A stretch of 64,000 bases of DNA, taken from the NCBI GenBank assembly GCA_047285305.1, contig JBJBDL010000003.1, forward strand, positions 1,920,001-1,984,000, given 5' to 3'. Below the pieces are notes generated by a model. The model ran no database searches. It was not told the DNA's origin and was given only the letters and a program-made list of their open reading frames with translations. This DNA is from Synechococcus sp. Its GTDB lineage: Bacteria; Cyanobacteriota; Cyanobacteriia; PCC-6307; Cyanobiaceae. Shown here piece by piece: positions 39,987 through 50,917 of this stretch. Each line of letters opens with the position of its first letter. Within the stretch, counting starts at the first letter, position 1. The position numbers were made by a program, and so were the translations under genes.

Positions 39987-40523
39987 TCAGTCGAAATACA
40001 GAAGGCTCACCACCTTCCCCATGTCCTCAGCAGTTCGTGCACTCGCAAGCAGGGTTTCACTGTCGTGAAATGCGAGACAGATCAACTGATCACAGCGGTT
40101 GATGATCTCTTGATTGCACAAACTGCTGGCCATCGGCAAGGGCAGGTCGTCCTGCTCGGGCTTGTCCACAAGGTGCAACACCCGATCCAAGAGATCTCGG
40201 ATTTCAGGCACCTGCCGATCGAGGCTCTGGGGCAAAAGCACGGTGAGCTTGGAGGGATCCACCTCAAGACACCCGCGAATCACTGCAGCATTCACCCCCT
40301 GAGATCCGGATGTGACCAGAGAATGGCCTTCCTGCACCAGTGAGCGGGCCACCAATTCGATCAGGTGAACCGCTACAACGGGCACATGGCGGCTACCGAG
40401 AATGGCGATCCTTCGTTGACTTTTGTCCTGCAGAAGAGCGAGTTCCTGCGCAAGCGTGTCAACCCGATCAAGAGCTGGCAGATCCAGTGACTGACCCAAG
40501 GAAAACTTGCCGCCTGATTTCAT
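39987..40523 (-). CDS. DprA/Smf-like Rossmann-fold protein
   Basis: IAILGSRH, TSGSQGVNAAVIRG, VLLPQSL, CNQEII. Confidence 0.8.
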   Translation of the reverse strand: MKSGGKFSLGQSLDLPALDRVDTLAQELALLQDKSQRRIAILGSRHVPVVAVHLIELVARSLVQEGHSLVTSGSQGVNAAVIRGCLEVDPSKLTVLLPQSLDRQVPEIRDLLDRVLHLVDKPEQDDLPLPMASSLCNQEIINRCDQLICLAFHDSETLLASARTAEDMGKVVSLLYFD

Positions 40524-40539
40524 CGGAAGTTAGCAACCA

Positions 40540-41658
40540 TCAGGCGTGCTGAACCGTCAGATTCAATGCATTGAAGAGCTGATCAAGCTTGCAATGCTCC
40601 TCAACAAGACGGAAGGCGTAGGTGGCCTTCACAGCTTCATGCAGGCGCACATGGCCGAAGGCCTGCTCAATCACCCCCACCGTGGCCAGAGTGTCGTGCT
40701 CCACCTTGAGCAAGGGCACATCCAATTCTTCCGCGCGATTGATCAATTGAGGGAGAGGTTCACCAGCCCCAGTCAGAATCAAACATTGGGTTGAAGCCTC
40801 GAGGGCTGCCAGCTGGATGTCGGTGCGATCAGCTCCCGTCACAACAGCCATGTTGCGTCGTTTGCGGAAGAACTCCATGGCGGAATTCACATTCATCGCG
40901 CCGATACTCAGGGTTTCCACCAGCAGTTCCTGCCGTTCCTGGCAGCAGATCACCCGGGCATTGAGGCGCCGCACCAACTCGCCGACCGTGACGCTGCGCA
41001 GCAAAGGGGAACGGGGCATGACGCCAAACACCTGCAAGCCCAGGCCCTGCAAGGCAGGAACCACCTTTCGCTCCAAGCTGTCGACCTCTTCTGGAGTGAC
41101 GGCGTTCAGCACCACTCCAACCAGACGGTCACCCAGGGTCTGCTTGGCCGCCAGCAGCGCATCCACACTGCGGCTGTCCTGCCAGAGGTGCACCAAAACG
41201 ACCTTGGCATCGAGACCTGTGGCCAGCTGCGGAAGGCTGAGGCCGTACAGCAATCCCTCCTGGAGGCTTCCCGCACATTCCAAGAGTGTGAGTCCTTCGT
41301 CAGACTCAATGCGCTGGCGCAGCTCCGCGAAACCTTGGCCAGCGTCCAACTCACCTTCGCCAAGACGTTGGGCAGCTGTTGTCGGCGACAGCAGATGCAT
41401 CGAAGGAATCAAACGCTCAGGCGACAGATTCAGCGTTTCACCAACAAATCGAACGTCGTCGTCGATGAGTGGTTGAGGCAACGGACCCTGGTTCGGATCC
41501 CAATCCAGGCTTGTAGCCAGGGGCTTTCCGAACCTGATCTGCTGTCCGGCACGAGCAAGCTGCTGGGCAATTCCAAGAACAAGGGCCGACTTCCCACTGA
41601 ACGGCTCACACGATCCGATCAACAGTGTCGTTCCCATGGATGCGATCCCTGACACCAC
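40540..41658 (-). CDS. Phosphotransacetylase-family (BioD-like N-terminus + DRTGG) protein
   Basis: SGKSALVLG, GKPL, IGAMNVNSA, VTGADRTDIQLAALE. Confidence 0.88.
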   Translation of the reverse strand: MVSGIASMGTTLLIGSCEPFSGKSALVLGIAQQLARAGQQIRFGKPLATSLDWDPNQGPLPQPLIDDDVRFVGETLNLSPERLIPSMHLLSPTTAAQRLGEGELDAGQGFAELRQRIESDEGLTLLECAGSLQEGLLYGLSLPQLATGLDAKVVLVHLWQDSRSVDALLAAKQTLGDRLVGVVLNAVTPEEVDSLERKVVPALQGLGLQVFGVMPRSPLLRSVTVGELVRRLNARVICCQERQELLVETLSIGAMNVNSAMEFFRKRRNMAVVTGADRTDIQLAALEASTQCLILTGAGEPLPQLINRAEELDVPLLKVEHDTLATVGVIEQAFGHVRLHEAVKATYAFRLVEEHCKLDQLFNALNLTVQHA

Positions 41659-41663
41659 TGAAT

Positions 41664-42040
41664 CTAGGCCTGTTCAGGAGCATCTCCGCGCTCGATCAAC
41701 AACCACTGCCAGAACCCTTGGGCAAATAGGGCTCCGATGGCTGCAGATGGGAACAATCCATCAACCCGACCACCAGCTGATGGGTGGTGACGGCGAAATC
41801 AAGATCTCCCTCGGGATGACCGGGGAAACGAAGCTGACACTCCAGCCTCTCCATCGGTGCAGCGACCCAATTCCAGCGGAGTTCGCAGGGGTGTTCGTTG
41901 CTTCTGGCCACCGGACGCCGCGCCTGCAGTGCTCCACGGCCCAGTATCTGCAAGGCTTCTGATAGATCCTACTGGCGACTGACGCCACCGCGGTAGGGAG
42001 TGAACAGAACCAGTTGGGCGGCATCTGACGCAGCTGGTGC
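41664..42040 (-). pseudogene. ebsA: Type IV pilus/secretion factor EbsA, pseudogene
   Basis: LFTPYRGGVSRQ*DLSEALQIL...RRPV...HQLVVGLMD...LP [frameshift] FWQWLLIE; in-frame TAG at 41969-41971 and a frameshift near 41715. Confidence 0.7.
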
Positions 42041-42067
42041 TTGATTCGCGCTCCGCTCGTTTCAAGG

Positions 42068-42805
42068 ATGCACCAAGCTGGCCCCATGGCCCAGTCCCCC
42101 TTTCTTGGCAAACGGATCGGCATCACAGGCGCTCGTGGAGCCCTTGGCGCAGCCCTGGCCCGTTGCTTCCGTTCCGCAGGCGCACACGTCATCGGTTTCA
42201 CCCACGGATCCATACCTCCAGTGCAAGCAGATGGCCCACACCGTTGGGTGAGCTGGAGCTGCGGAGACGAAGCCAGCTTGGACGCCGATCTGGAGGAGCT
42301 CGATGTTCTGGTGCTGAACCACGGGATCAATCCTCAAGGCGGTCAAAGCCCTGAAGTGATCAATCAGGCGCTGGAGATCAACACCTTGAGCAGCTGGAGG
42401 CTGATGCAGCGATTTGAGGCCATCAGCAGAGCATCACCGCAGGTTGATCCGAGGGAGGTGTGGATCAACACCTCAGAGGCTGAAATTCAGCCTGCCGTCA
42501 GTCCCGTGTATGAACTCACCAAGCGAATGCTGGGGCAACTTGTGAGCATCCGCGGTGCGGTGCTTGATGCCACCGGACGCGAAGCCCTGATCCTGCGCAA
42601 GCTGGTGCTCGGCCCTTTTCGCTCGTCACTCAATCCGATTGGGGTGATGGGCGCCGATTTCGTCGCCAACCAGGTGCTGCGCCAGGCGAGCTGGGGATTT
42701 CGCCTGGTGATCGTGACACCAAACCCAATGACATATGTCTTGATGCCTCTGACCGAGCTTGGACGGCGGACCTACAGCCGGATCCTCAGTCGCCCCGATC
42801 TGTAA
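42068..42805 (+). CDS. Short-chain dehydrogenase family protein
   Basis: [35 protein letters not shown]. Confidence 0.88.
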   Translation: MHQAGPMAQSPFLGKRIGITGARGALGAALARCFRSAGAHVIGFTHGSIPPVQADGPHRWVSWSCGDEASLDADLEELDVLVLNHGINPQGGQSPEVINQALEINTLSSWRLMQRFEAISRASPQVDPREVWINTSEAEIQPAVSPVYELTKRMLGQLVSIRGAVLDATGREALILRKLVLGPFRSSLNPIGVMGADFVANQVLRQASWGFRLVIVTPNPMTYVLMPLTELGRRTYSRILSRPDL

Positions 42806-43631
42806 GGATCTCGCATCCATCACTGGTCACCAGAACAGTGTGCTCCCACTGCGCAGAGAGAGAGCCATCGCGGGTCACGACAGTCCACTGATCCCGCAAG
42901 GTGCGGCAGGCCTTACTGCCAGCATTGAGGATGGGCTCAATAGCCAGAGTCATGCCAGGACGCAGAGTGACGTTGGGGAGCTCGTCTGTGCGGAAGTTGA
43001 ACACGGAAGGTTCTTCGTGCAGGTTCCGGCCGACACCGTGGCCGGTGTAATCCTCCACAACACTGAAACCGTTGGTCTTGACATGGTCTTCAACGGCTCC
43101 AGCGATATCCAGCAGAGTGTTGCCTGCTTTGACCTGGCTCAGACCAGCCATCAAGGCTTCCTTGGCAACACGGCTCAAGGTCTGTGCTTCCTGGGGCGCA
43201 TCTCCCACGCAGATCGTGATGCAGCTGTCTCCGTGGTAGCCCTCGAAGTAGGCGCCGGTATCCACCTTCAGCAGATCGCCCTGGCGGATCACACGCTTCG
43301 GACTGGGGATGCCATGAACCACCTCGTTGTTGATGCTGGCGCAGATGCTCGCCGGAAAACCGTGATACCCCTTGAAACTTGGGGTCGCCCCCATCTCTCG
43401 AATGCGTTTTTCCGCATAGGCATCAATATCTCCCGTCGTCTGGCCGGGCTCCACCATTCCCATCACCTCCCGCAGCACGGTGGCGACGATGTGGCTGGCC
43501 TGGCGCATGATCTTCACTTCACGGGCTGATTTGATCTCAACGCCGCGACGCTTCTGAATGCGCGGACCAGTCGCCGTCACTTGCCCCTGCGCTGCCTGGG
43601 TGGATGCCAGAAGATCAGCAAAGAGATTCAT
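42786..43631 (-). CDS. map: Methionine aminopeptidase type I
   Basis: [36 protein letters not shown]. Confidence 0.97.
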   Translation of the reverse strand: MNLFADLLASTQAAQGQVTATGPRIQKRRGVEIKSAREVKIMRQASHIVATVLREVMGMVEPGQTTGDIDAYAEKRIREMGATPSFKGYHGFPASICASINNEVVHGIPSPKRVIRQGDLLKVDTGAYFEGYHGDSCITICVGDAPQEAQTLSRVAKEALMAGLSQVKAGNTLLDIAGAVEDHVKTNGFSVVEDYTGHGVGRNLHEEPSVFNFRTDELPNVTLRPGMTLAIEPILNAGSKACRTLRDQWTVVTRDGSLSAQWEHTVLVTSDGCEILTDRGD

Positions 43632-43675
43632 GGCTCAGCCCAATATCCGTCACGCTATCAACAGCAACCGAATTG

Positions 43676-43972
43676 ATGCCGGTCATGTCGCTGCTTGTGC
43701 GCTTGCGGGAACTGCATCGAAGCGTTGCACCCTTCGTTCTGGCGCCCTTGCTGGTGACGGTGTTCTCCGGTGTCAGTTACCGCATAGCCCGGGACTGGTT
43801 CGGAGCCAGCCGAGAACAGGTTCACTGGTTAATGGTGGTGCACGAGGGGGAATGGCTTGGTTCCACCCTGGAACCGGTCGTCGTTCTTCTCAACGCCATC
43901 GGCCTGCTGTGGATGCTGATCACAGGCATAGGGCTCCTGATGGAGCGATGGCGTCGAAAGGTACACTCATAG
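43676..43972 (+). CDS. PepSY-associated TM small protein
   Basis: RELHR, two TM helices, HEGEW. Confidence 0.75.
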   Translation: MPVMSLLVRLRELHRSVAPFVLAPLLVTVFSGVSYRIARDWFGASREQVHWLMVVHEGEWLGSTLEPVVVLLNAIGLLWMLITGIGLLMERWRRKVHS

Positions 43973-43997
43973 TTTGGCGATTCAACGCGGAGCTGGG

Positions 43998-44474
43998 ATG
44001 GCAGCCGATTCGAAGGACACAGCGGTGACCGACGACAACACCGAAACGGCTGTGGAAACAGCACCTGAGGCCACAGCGGCGAAGTCCAGCAAGGCTTCTG
44101 GCGCCCCTGCGAAGAAACTGAGCCCTGAAGCTCTGATTCGCTCCTTTGAGTCGTCCCAGCAGAAGGATGATCTGCCTGAGATCTACGTGGGAGACACCGT
44201 GCGCGTTGGTGTTCGCATCAGCGAGGGCAACAAGGAGCGTGTTCAGCCTTACGAAGGCGTGGTGATTTCCAAGCGCCATGGTGGCCTAAACCAGACCATC
44301 ACCGTGCGCCGGATTTTCCAGGGCATCGGCGTTGAGCGGGTGTTCATGCTGCATAGCCCACAGGTGGCTTCCATCAAGGTGGAACGGCGCGGTAAAGTGC
44401 GCAGGGCGAAGCTTTTCTATCTGCGGGAACGGGTGGGCAAGGCCACCCGCGTGAAGCAGCGCTTCGATCGCTGA
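43998..44474 (+). CDS. rplS: 50S ribosomal protein L19
   Basis: [35 protein letters not shown]. Confidence 0.98.
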   Translation: MAADSKDTAVTDDNTETAVETAPEATAAKSSKASGAPAKKLSPEALIRSFESSQQKDDLPEIYVGDTVRVGVRISEGNKERVQPYEGVVISKRHGGLNQTITVRRIFQGIGVERVFMLHSPQVASIKVERRGKVRRAKLFYLRERVGKATRVKQRFDR

Positions 44475-44533
44475 GGTCTCGACCTCGTTCAATCAGTTGC
44501 CAACTAAACGTTGGCTGAGGGGTACATCGCCTT

Positions 44534-44606
44534 GCGCCGTTAGTTCAGTTGGTAGAACGCAGGTCTCCAAAACCTGATGTCGGGGGTTCGAGTCCTCCAC
44601 GGCGCG
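44534..44606 (+). tRNA. trnW: tRNA-Trp(CCA)
   Basis: Acceptor GCGCCGT/ACGGCGC, anticodon arm CAGGT-CTCCAAA-ACCTG, GTTCGAG T-loop. Confidence 0.97.
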
Positions 44607-44643
44607 TCCGATGTCCCCCTCGTGCAGTTTCCCGGTTCTGAGC

Positions 44644-44832
44644 ATGGAGTTGGATCTTCAACCTGGTGATGTTGTGAAGGTGTTGGAGTCAGCCGCCCTC
44701 GGCTGGGTCCGTGCCCGAGTGATACGCGTCAAGTCCGGCGGCCGTGTGGTCGTTCAGAGCGATCAAGGGCGTGAATTCACAGCCCGCGGCAATCAGGTTC
44801 GGCTCATCGAACCTGCAGGATTCCGTCCCTGA
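44644..44832 (+). CDS. hcp: Prochlorococcus/Synechococcus hyperconserved protein (HCP)
   Basis: 62 aa MELDLQPGDVVKVLESAALGWVRARVIRVKSGGRVVVQSDQGREFTARGNQVRLIEPAGFRP in the rplS-trnW-trnD-gltX context. Confidence 0.9.
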   Translation: MELDLQPGDVVKVLESAALGWVRARVIRVKSGGRVVVQSDQGREFTARGNQVRLIEPAGFRP

Positions 44833-44873
44833 ATCGTTGGTCATTCGGCGTTGAGCCGAAGTTATTCCTCATG

Positions 44874-44903
44874 TCCCGGCGACTTTGTTGTCGGGATTTT
44901 TTT
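44874..44903 (+). terminator. Rho-independent terminator
   Basis: TCCCGGCGAC-TTT-GTTGTCGGGA followed by T7. Confidence 0.8.
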
Positions 44904-45048
44904 ATGGCGGCGCCCGGATGACAAAACCAGGCTGATCCATTGCTCAGTTGTTGACGGAGGGCAGGGCGACAGTTGATACTGATCAGGTCGCACAAGCGAT
45001 ACAGATCAGATTCTTCGGAGCGCGTCTCGCGAGTTCTGAATCAGATCT

Positions 45049-45122
45049 GGGACCGTAGTTCAACCGGTTAGAGCACCGCCCTGTCACGGCGGAAGTTGCG
45101 GGTTCGAATCCCGTCGGTCCCG
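45049..45122 (+). tRNA. trnD: tRNA-Asp(GTC)
   Basis: Acceptor GGGACCG/CGGTCCC, anticodon arm CCGCC-CTGTCAC-GGCGG, GTTCGAA. Confidence 0.97.
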
Positions 45123-45143
45123 TTCTCACCACCAAGATCCACG

Positions 45144-46577
45144 ATGGTGCGCGTTCGATTGGCCCCCAGCCCGACGGGCACGCTCCATATTGGAACGGCG
45201 CGAACCGCTGTTTTCAATTGGCTCTACGCCAAGCACGAGCATGGAGCCTTCGTGCTGCGCATTGAAGACACCGACAAGGAGCGGTCCAAGCCCGAGTACA
45301 CCCAAAACATTCTCGAAGGCTTGCAGTGGCTCGGGATCAATTGGGACGAAGAACCCGTCATCCAGAGCGAACGGGTGGGTCAGCATCGTGACGCCATACA
45401 GACCCTGCTCGATCGGGGATTGGCCTACCGCTGCTACGCCAGCGAAACGGAACTCACGGCCATGCGCGATGCGCAGAAAGCGGCCAATCAAGCGCCGCGC
45501 TACGACAACCGCCACAGGTCTCTTACGACCGAACAGGAACAGGCGTTTCAGGCAGAGGGCCGTGAAGCTGTGATTCGCTTTCGCATTGATGACGCTGCCG
45601 AAATTCGCTGGAATGATCTGGTGCGTGGCGCCATGAGCTGGCGAGGCTCAGACCTTGGCGGAGACATGGTGATTGCCCGTCGCGCCCCGGCGGATCAAAT
45701 CGGCGACCCCCTCTACAACCTTGTTGTGGTGGTGGATGACGCCGAGATGGAAATCACCCATGTGATCCGCGGTGAAGATCACATTGCCAACACCGCCAAG
45801 CAACTGCTCCTCTACGAAGCGCTGGGCCTGCCCTTGCCGACCTTTGCCCACGCTCCTCTCATCCTCAATGCCGAGGGACGCAAGCTCTCAAAACGGGATG
45901 GTGTGACCTCCATCAACGACTTCCGCGCCATGGGCTACACCCCTGACGCCATCGCCAACTACATGACCTTGTTGGGGTGGTCCGTACCGGAGGGCATGGA
46001 AGAACGGTTCAGCTTGAGTGAGGCCGCAGCCGTTTTTGGTTTCGACCGCGTCAACAAAGCCGGAGCGCGTTTCGACTGGGACAAGCTCAACTGGCTGAAT
46101 GCCCAGGTTCTGCACGGCTGGACGGCGGATCATCTTCTGAAGGAACTAACGCCGCTTTGGACCGAACGGGGGTGGACCCCTGCCAGCGACAAGAGCTGGT
46201 GCCTGGACCTCTGCGCCTTGCTGGGGCCATCTCTCACCCTGCTCAAAGATGGCGTCGATCAGGCGAAACCGTTCTTTGAACGTCCGGACCTCCAGGAAGA
46301 TGCGCTCGAGCAACTCGCGATCGAAGGAGCCAAGGCAGCTATTGCCGACCTGCTTCAGCGGCTTGAGAACAACCCTTGGGACGGCAGCGACGTCGATCAA
46401 GCCAAGGCTTGGCTGGGGGATGCCGCCAAAGCAGCCGGTGTGAAGAAAGGGGTTGTGATGAAATCCTTGCGCGCAGCACTGCTGGGGCGTCTTCAAGGCC
46501 CCGATCTGATCACCACGTGGTCATTATTGGCCCGAATCGGTGAGGACCTGCCGCGGCTGCGCCGCTGCCTTGGCTGA
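45144..46577 (+). CDS. gltX: Glutamyl-tRNA synthetase
   Basis: APSPTG.LHIG, LRIEDTD, IRGEDH, KLSKR. Confidence 0.98.
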   Translation: MVRVRLAPSPTGTLHIGTARTAVFNWLYAKHEHGAFVLRIEDTDKERSKPEYTQNILEGLQWLGINWDEEPVIQSERVGQHRDAIQTLLDRGLAYRCYASETELTAMRDAQKAANQAPRYDNRHRSLTTEQEQAFQAEGREAVIRFRIDDAAEIRWNDLVRGAMSWRGSDLGGDMVIARRAPADQIGDPLYNLVVVVDDAEMEITHVIRGEDHIANTAKQLLLYEALGLPLPTFAHAPLILNAEGRKLSKRDGVTSINDFRAMGYTPDAIANYMTLLGWSVPEGMEERFSLSEAAAVFGFDRVNKAGARFDWDKLNWLNAQVLHGWTADHLLKELTPLWTERGWTPASDKSWCLDLCALLGPSLTLLKDGVDQAKPFFERPDLQEDALEQLAIEGAKAAIADLLQRLENNPWDGSDVDQAKAWLGDAAKAAGVKKGVVMKSLRAALLGRLQGPDLITTWSLLARIGEDLPRLRRCLG

Positions 46578-47786
46578 GGCAGGCTCGTCATCCTCGGCTT
46601 TGACCAGGCCAAGAGCCTGAGCCAACGGTTGGGCCGTGAGGCCCTGGAGACCAACAGTCATCAGGATGGTAAGGAACACCAAACCCTGAAGGCGTCCTGC
46701 CCCCAAGATGCCGGCCTGCTCCAAGCGAATCGCGAATAGAGAGGCCACCGCTGCGGTGACGATGCCTCGCGGAGCGAGCCAACCCAGAAAAAGTCGTTGC
46801 TCAAGCTTGTAGGGCAACCCGATGGTGGCCAAACCCACGCCGATCGGACGCACCACAAGCATCAACGACAGCACGCAGAGGATGCCGCCCCAACCCAGCG
46901 GACTGAGTTCAGCCCAGGAGACGTCAGCAGCCAGCAGCGGAAACAGCATCGTGATCGCCAACTGCGCCAGTTCCTGAATCAAACCATCCAATTCAGCGGT
47001 GTGAGGGCCTGGACGTCGACCGACAACGATGCCCGCCGCCACTGAAGCAGGCAGGGCGGATTCCGGCAGCAGCCACTCACTGACGCCATACATCAGAAAC
47101 AGCAAACCCAGACTGAGCTGAAGCGGCAGTCCCTTCAACTGATCGGGTTTGAGCCGTCGCAGCAGCTCAGACAGCAGCCAGCCGACGCTCGCGCCAATCA
47201 GAACACCACCACCCAATCGATACAGCAGGCCGAGCATCACCTCACGCCAGCCGTGCAGGTTGCCAAGGACAAGCTCCAACAGCAGCAGGGCTAAAACGGC
47301 ACCGATGGGCTCAAGCACCAGTCCCTCAGCCTCCAGGACTTCGCCCAGAGGAGGTGCGAGCCGAATTTGACGCACCAGGGGTGTGACCACCGTTGGCCCC
47401 GTGGCTAGCACGATGGCACTGAACACAGCCGCAAGCGACCAGCTGAGGCCCGCAAGCCAATGGGCCGCCAACAGACCGCCTCCCAGGGAAATCAACAGAC
47501 GCAGGGCTGCGATGCGCTGCACCGTGGCCTTGATCGTGTCTCCAGGCAGACGCAGATTCAGTCCGCCATCGAACAGCACCAAGCTGACAAGAAGACCCAC
47601 CACGGTTCCAAGCCCGGAGCCGAGATCAAGGGGTTCCACCCAACCCAGACCAGAGCGACCGATCAGCAGCCCCGACAGGAGCAGCAACACCACCCCAGGA
47701 AATTCGGACTTGGCCGCCAGAAAACGGGCTGCAGCACCCGAGGAAACCGTGACGCCCCAGAGGAGGCCCAGACGCTCAGGCGTCAT
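46524..47786 (-). CDS. CPA1-family cation/H+ antiporter
   Basis: LFDGGL, TGPTVV.P, LEAEG, APRGIV.AA; many TM segments. Confidence 0.9.
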   Translation of the reverse strand: MTPERLGLLWGVTVSSGAAARFLAAKSEFPGVVLLLLSGLLIGRSGLGWVEPLDLGSGLGTVVGLLVSLVLFDGGLNLRLPGDTIKATVQRIAALRLLISLGGGLLAAHWLAGLSWSLAAVFSAIVLATGPTVVTPLVRQIRLAPPLGEVLEAEGLVLEPIGAVLALLLLELVLGNLHGWREVMLGLLYRLGGGVLIGASVGWLLSELLRRLKPDQLKGLPLQLSLGLLFLMYGVSEWLLPESALPASVAAGIVVGRRPGPHTAELDGLIQELAQLAITMLFPLLAADVSWAELSPLGWGGILCVLSLMLVVRPIGVGLATIGLPYKLEQRLFLGWLAPRGIVTAAVASLFAIRLEQAGILGAGRLQGLVFLTILMTVGLQGLTAQPLAQALGLVKAEDDEPASAKAAAQPRQVLTDSGQ

Positions 47787-48021
47787 CGACAGAGGAGAAC
47801 TGAGGTTCCACGCGCACGCCGATCACCGCTTTGGGGCGTACGACCAGATACTCGCCCTCCAGATCACTGAGGGGAACGTTGACAAAACCGCCCTGTTTCT
47901 CGGCATTGACCACCCCTTGGTACCACTCCTGGAAGGTCTCGAGTTTCGGAAAAAACACCCGTTCGGTTTGCCCTCCCACAAGGTGGAGATGGACGGCGTA
48001 GCGGCGGGGCGTACGGGACAT
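47776..48021 (-). CDS. Conserved hypothetical protein
   Basis: 81-aa ORF tightly coupled to its neighbours. Confidence 0.75.
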   Translation of the reverse strand: MSRTPRRYAVHLHLVGGQTERVFFPKLETFQEWYQGVVNAEKQGGFVNVPLSDLEGEYLVVRPKAVIGVRVEPQFSSVDDA

Positions 48022-48701
48022 CAGCGCGGAAAGACATCCATCACGGTCCCCACAGGATGACGGATCGGTTCCGGGTCTGCCCAGAGAAAAGGGCGAAGAC
48101 AGGCGTTACGCGGGGCATAGAGCGGATGGCGCGGTTGCCCCGAGGCCGTCTGCCCCAGCATCAGAGGATGCGGTGAGTCGGGAACGGAGCGTCGGCGTTG
48201 CGGCAGCAAACGCTGAATGTTTCCAAGAACCAGCTGAGCCCGGTCCCATCGCGCCCCATTCGCCCCCCATCCACACCAGAGATCGACCCCAGATGTTCGG
48301 GACCAGTAGTTGAACCAGTGGTTCAAGATCACGTCGTTCTGCTCACCGATGGGGTCCTTCACCCGCAGCAGCGCCTCCGGAGACGGCGACATCCGGGCGA
48401 ACAGATTCAGCACCAGCAACTCCCGATATCCCCATTGCCCGGCGAAGCCGATCAAACGGCGCAGGGTCGGATCATCACGCTGGCCATCAGCTCTCGAGGG
48501 ATTCAGACCCACGAAAAGCAGGCACCCGTCGCCGGCACCCAGGCAGCGCCGCAGCCACCAGCGGTAACAGCCATCGCTGCTGATAGACGCTTCAGACCCC
48601 GAGCTGACGCCGGCAGCGCTCAAGGATGCGTTCGCTGGCGTAACCATCACCAAAGGGGTTAACGGCGCGGGACATCTCTTGATAGGCCGTGGCATCCCCA
48701 A
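48021..48701 (-). CDS. DUF1643 family protein (start uncertain)
   Basis: YRWWL.R, GLNPS.AD...DDPT.RR, NLFA, WG, PRHPLY. Confidence 0.85.
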   Translation of the reverse strand: MGMPRPIKRCPAPLTPLVMVTPANASLSAAGVSSGSEASISSDGCYRWWLRRCLGAGDGCLLFVGLNPSRADGQRDDPTLRRLIGFAGQWGYRELLVLNLFARMSPSPEALLRVKDPIGEQNDVILNHWFNYWSRTSGVDLWCGWGANGARWDRAQLVLGNIQRLLPQRRRSVPDSPHPLMLGQTASGQPRHPLYAPRNACLRPFLWADPEPIRHPVGTVMDVFPR

Positions 48702-49704
48702 GCAGCCGCGAGGTCTCTTCCAGGATCACATCGGGATCGGTGCCCACCAGCCGGGCTGTTCCTGCATCAACGGCCTCCGGCCGCTCTGTGGTGCGACGCA
48801 GAACCAGCACGGGTTTGCCGAGCGCAGGGGCTTCCTCCTGGAGACCACCGGAATCGGTGAGCAACAGGGAGCAGCCCTTCATCGCTGCGACGAGACGGTC
48901 GTAGTCCAGAGGTTCGGTCAGAACGACACGGGGATGGCTTCCAAGCAGGGCCTGCAGCGGTTCTCGCACCGTCGGGTTGCGGTGCATCGGCAGCAACAGC
49001 GCCGTATCGGGATAACGCTCAAGCACCTGCAGCATTCCTGCAGCGATGTCGTTCAGCCGCTCACCCCAGTTTTCACGGCGATGCACCGTGGCGAGGATCA
49101 CCCTCTGTTGACCCCAGTTGAGGCCTTCAAACCGAACATCTGGCGCCAATTTTGCCATCAACAACAAGGCATCGATCACGGTGTTGCCGGTCACGGCGAT
49201 CTCCCCGACCACACCGGATGCTTTCAGGTTGGATTCGGCCTTGAGCGTCGGCGCGAAATGAAGGGTTGCGATCTGAGAAAGGAGCCGACGGTTGGCTTCT
49301 TCGGGGAATGGATCCAGAAGATTGTCGGTGCGCAGACCGGCCTCCACATGACCAACCGGGATCTGCTCGTAAAACGCAGCCAAACCAGCGGCAAACGCCG
49401 TGGTGGTGTCGCCCTGCACCAGAACCAACTGCGGGGGGTAGGCCTGAAAGTCTTCCCGCAGCCCTTGCAGCGCAGCACAGGTGACATGGGTCAGGGTCTG
49501 ACGGGGTGCCATCAGATTGAGATCCTGATCCGCCTGGAGATGGAACAGATCCATCACCTGGCCCACCATTTCGCGGTGCTGACCGGTCAGGACGACTCGG
49601 GTCTGCAATGCATCACAGGCTTGAAACGTCCGGATGACCGGCGCCAGCTTGATCGCCTCGGGACGCGTTCCCAAAACGATCGTGACGCGGGGCTGTTCAG
49701 CCAT
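48592..49704 (-). CDS. wecB: UDP-N-acetylglucosamine 2-epimerase
   Basis: GTRPEAIK, TGQH, GDTTT, HVEAGLR, HRREN, TDSGGLQEE, NPFGDG. Confidence 0.97.
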   Translation of the reverse strand: MAEQPRVTIVLGTRPEAIKLAPVIRTFQACDALQTRVVLTGQHREMVGQVMDLFHLQADQDLNLMAPRQTLTHVTCAALQGLREDFQAYPPQLVLVQGDTTTAFAAGLAAFYEQIPVGHVEAGLRTDNLLDPFPEEANRRLLSQIATLHFAPTLKAESNLKASGVVGEIAVTGNTVIDALLLMAKLAPDVRFEGLNWGQQRVILATVHRRENWGERLNDIAAGMLQVLERYPDTALLLPMHRNPTVREPLQALLGSHPRVVLTEPLDYDRLVAAMKGCSLLLTDSGGLQEEAPALGKPVLVLRRTTERPEAVDAGTARLVGTDPDVILEETSRLLGDATAYQEMSRAVNPFGDGYASERILERCRRQLGV

Positions 49705-49817
49705 TCCATCCGGACGGACCGCTGGAGTTTACGGGCGTCAACCCCGAGAGAACAGTGAGAAATCCTTGCCAGCCCCAGCATCGAGACGATCCTGAGGAAA
49801 GATCCCTAGCCATCAAC

Positions 49818-50698
49818 GTGGCTCAGCCGGTTTCCCTCCAAGTTTCCCGCCGCGCCCAACCGCCGCCCTAGCCCAGAACGATTTCGAGAGGTTCACAACC
49901 CGGCGTCCCCATCCGCTGCAGATGGCTCTCCAAGCCTCGAGGAGATCGTTCGAATCACGAATGATGCCGGCCATTCCGATGTCCACCTGGGGGGTAGGGA
50001 AGTGCCGCGCTACCGGGCCCGGAGAGACATAAAGGGCACGGATTGGCCGGTCACCCGCGCCAAGGTCTTTCAGGGATGGCTCCAGGAAATCCTGACGCCA
50101 CATCCTCACAATCGAGGATCCCGTCGAGTTCGTGCATGAGAGCCGCAAGTCCCTCATCCGGCAACGGGAAGTGGCGGTGCACACCCTCAGGTTCCAAAAC
50201 ACCCTGAGGGCCGACCTACAGGAAGACCCCGATGTGATTCTGGTGGGCGAAACACGGGATCAGGAAAACCTTTCCACGGCCCTCGAAGCGGCCCAGACTG
50301 GCCACCTGGTGTTCGGGACCCTGTACACCAATTCAGCGGTGAAGACCGTGGAATGGGTCCTCGGCATGTATTCGCCCGAAGAGCAGGAGAGTGTGCACCG
50401 TTCGTTGTCCGAGTCGCTGCTGGGGGTGATCGCCTAGGGATTGATCAAGACAACAGATGCAAAACGTGCGGCGTATCACTACATCCTGATCAACAACGAT
50501 GCCTGCAAGGACTACATCCAGCGGAGGACGCCCGATGAGGTAGAGGAAATGATGGAACGCAGCAGGTTCGATGGGATGGTGACCACAAATCAATCACTGC
50601 TGGCCCTGGTGGAGGCGGGTCGCATTGATGGCGATCAAGAGGTGGCCGTCAGCCCTAAACCCAATGAGCTGCCTCAGGCCCTGCGGGGCCGAAGCTGA
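49818..50698 (+). pseudogene. pilT: Type IV pilus retraction ATPase PilT, pseudogene
   Basis: SDVHL...PRYR N-domain joined out of frame at ~50100 to HILTIEDPVE...DPDVILVGE.RD...AAQTGHLVFGTL; Walker A region deleted; in-frame TAG at 50435-50437. Confidence 0.9.
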
Positions 50699-50902
50699 TC
50701 AGCCACCGCTGAACACACGCACCAAAAGAACGACAGCAATGCCTGCGGAGAGGCCGATCATCGCCAGACGGCCGTTCCAAATTTCGGCCTGTGGAGTGAA
50801 GCCACGCTTCCAGGCGTTCAGCTCGTCTGCCTCCACGGGCTCCGGAGCTTCTGATCTGGTTTCCGGTTGGTCCACGACGTAGAGACCGAACAGTTTCCTC
50901 AA
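50699..50902 (-). CDS. hli: High-light-inducible protein (Hli/Scp)
   Basis: GFTPQAEIWNGRLAMIG. Confidence 0.93.
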   Translation of the reverse strand: MRKLFGLYVVDQPETRSEAPEPVEADELNAWKRGFTPQAEIWNGRLAMIGLSAGIAVVLLVRVFSGG

Positions 50903-50917
50903 GCCTAAAAGGCTTTC

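Noticed and set aside
46524..46577. Convergent 3' overlaps (gltX/antiporter; also pfkB/cutA, SDR/map, tatC/DUF3067)
   Set aside because: Ordinary in compact picocyanobacterial genomes
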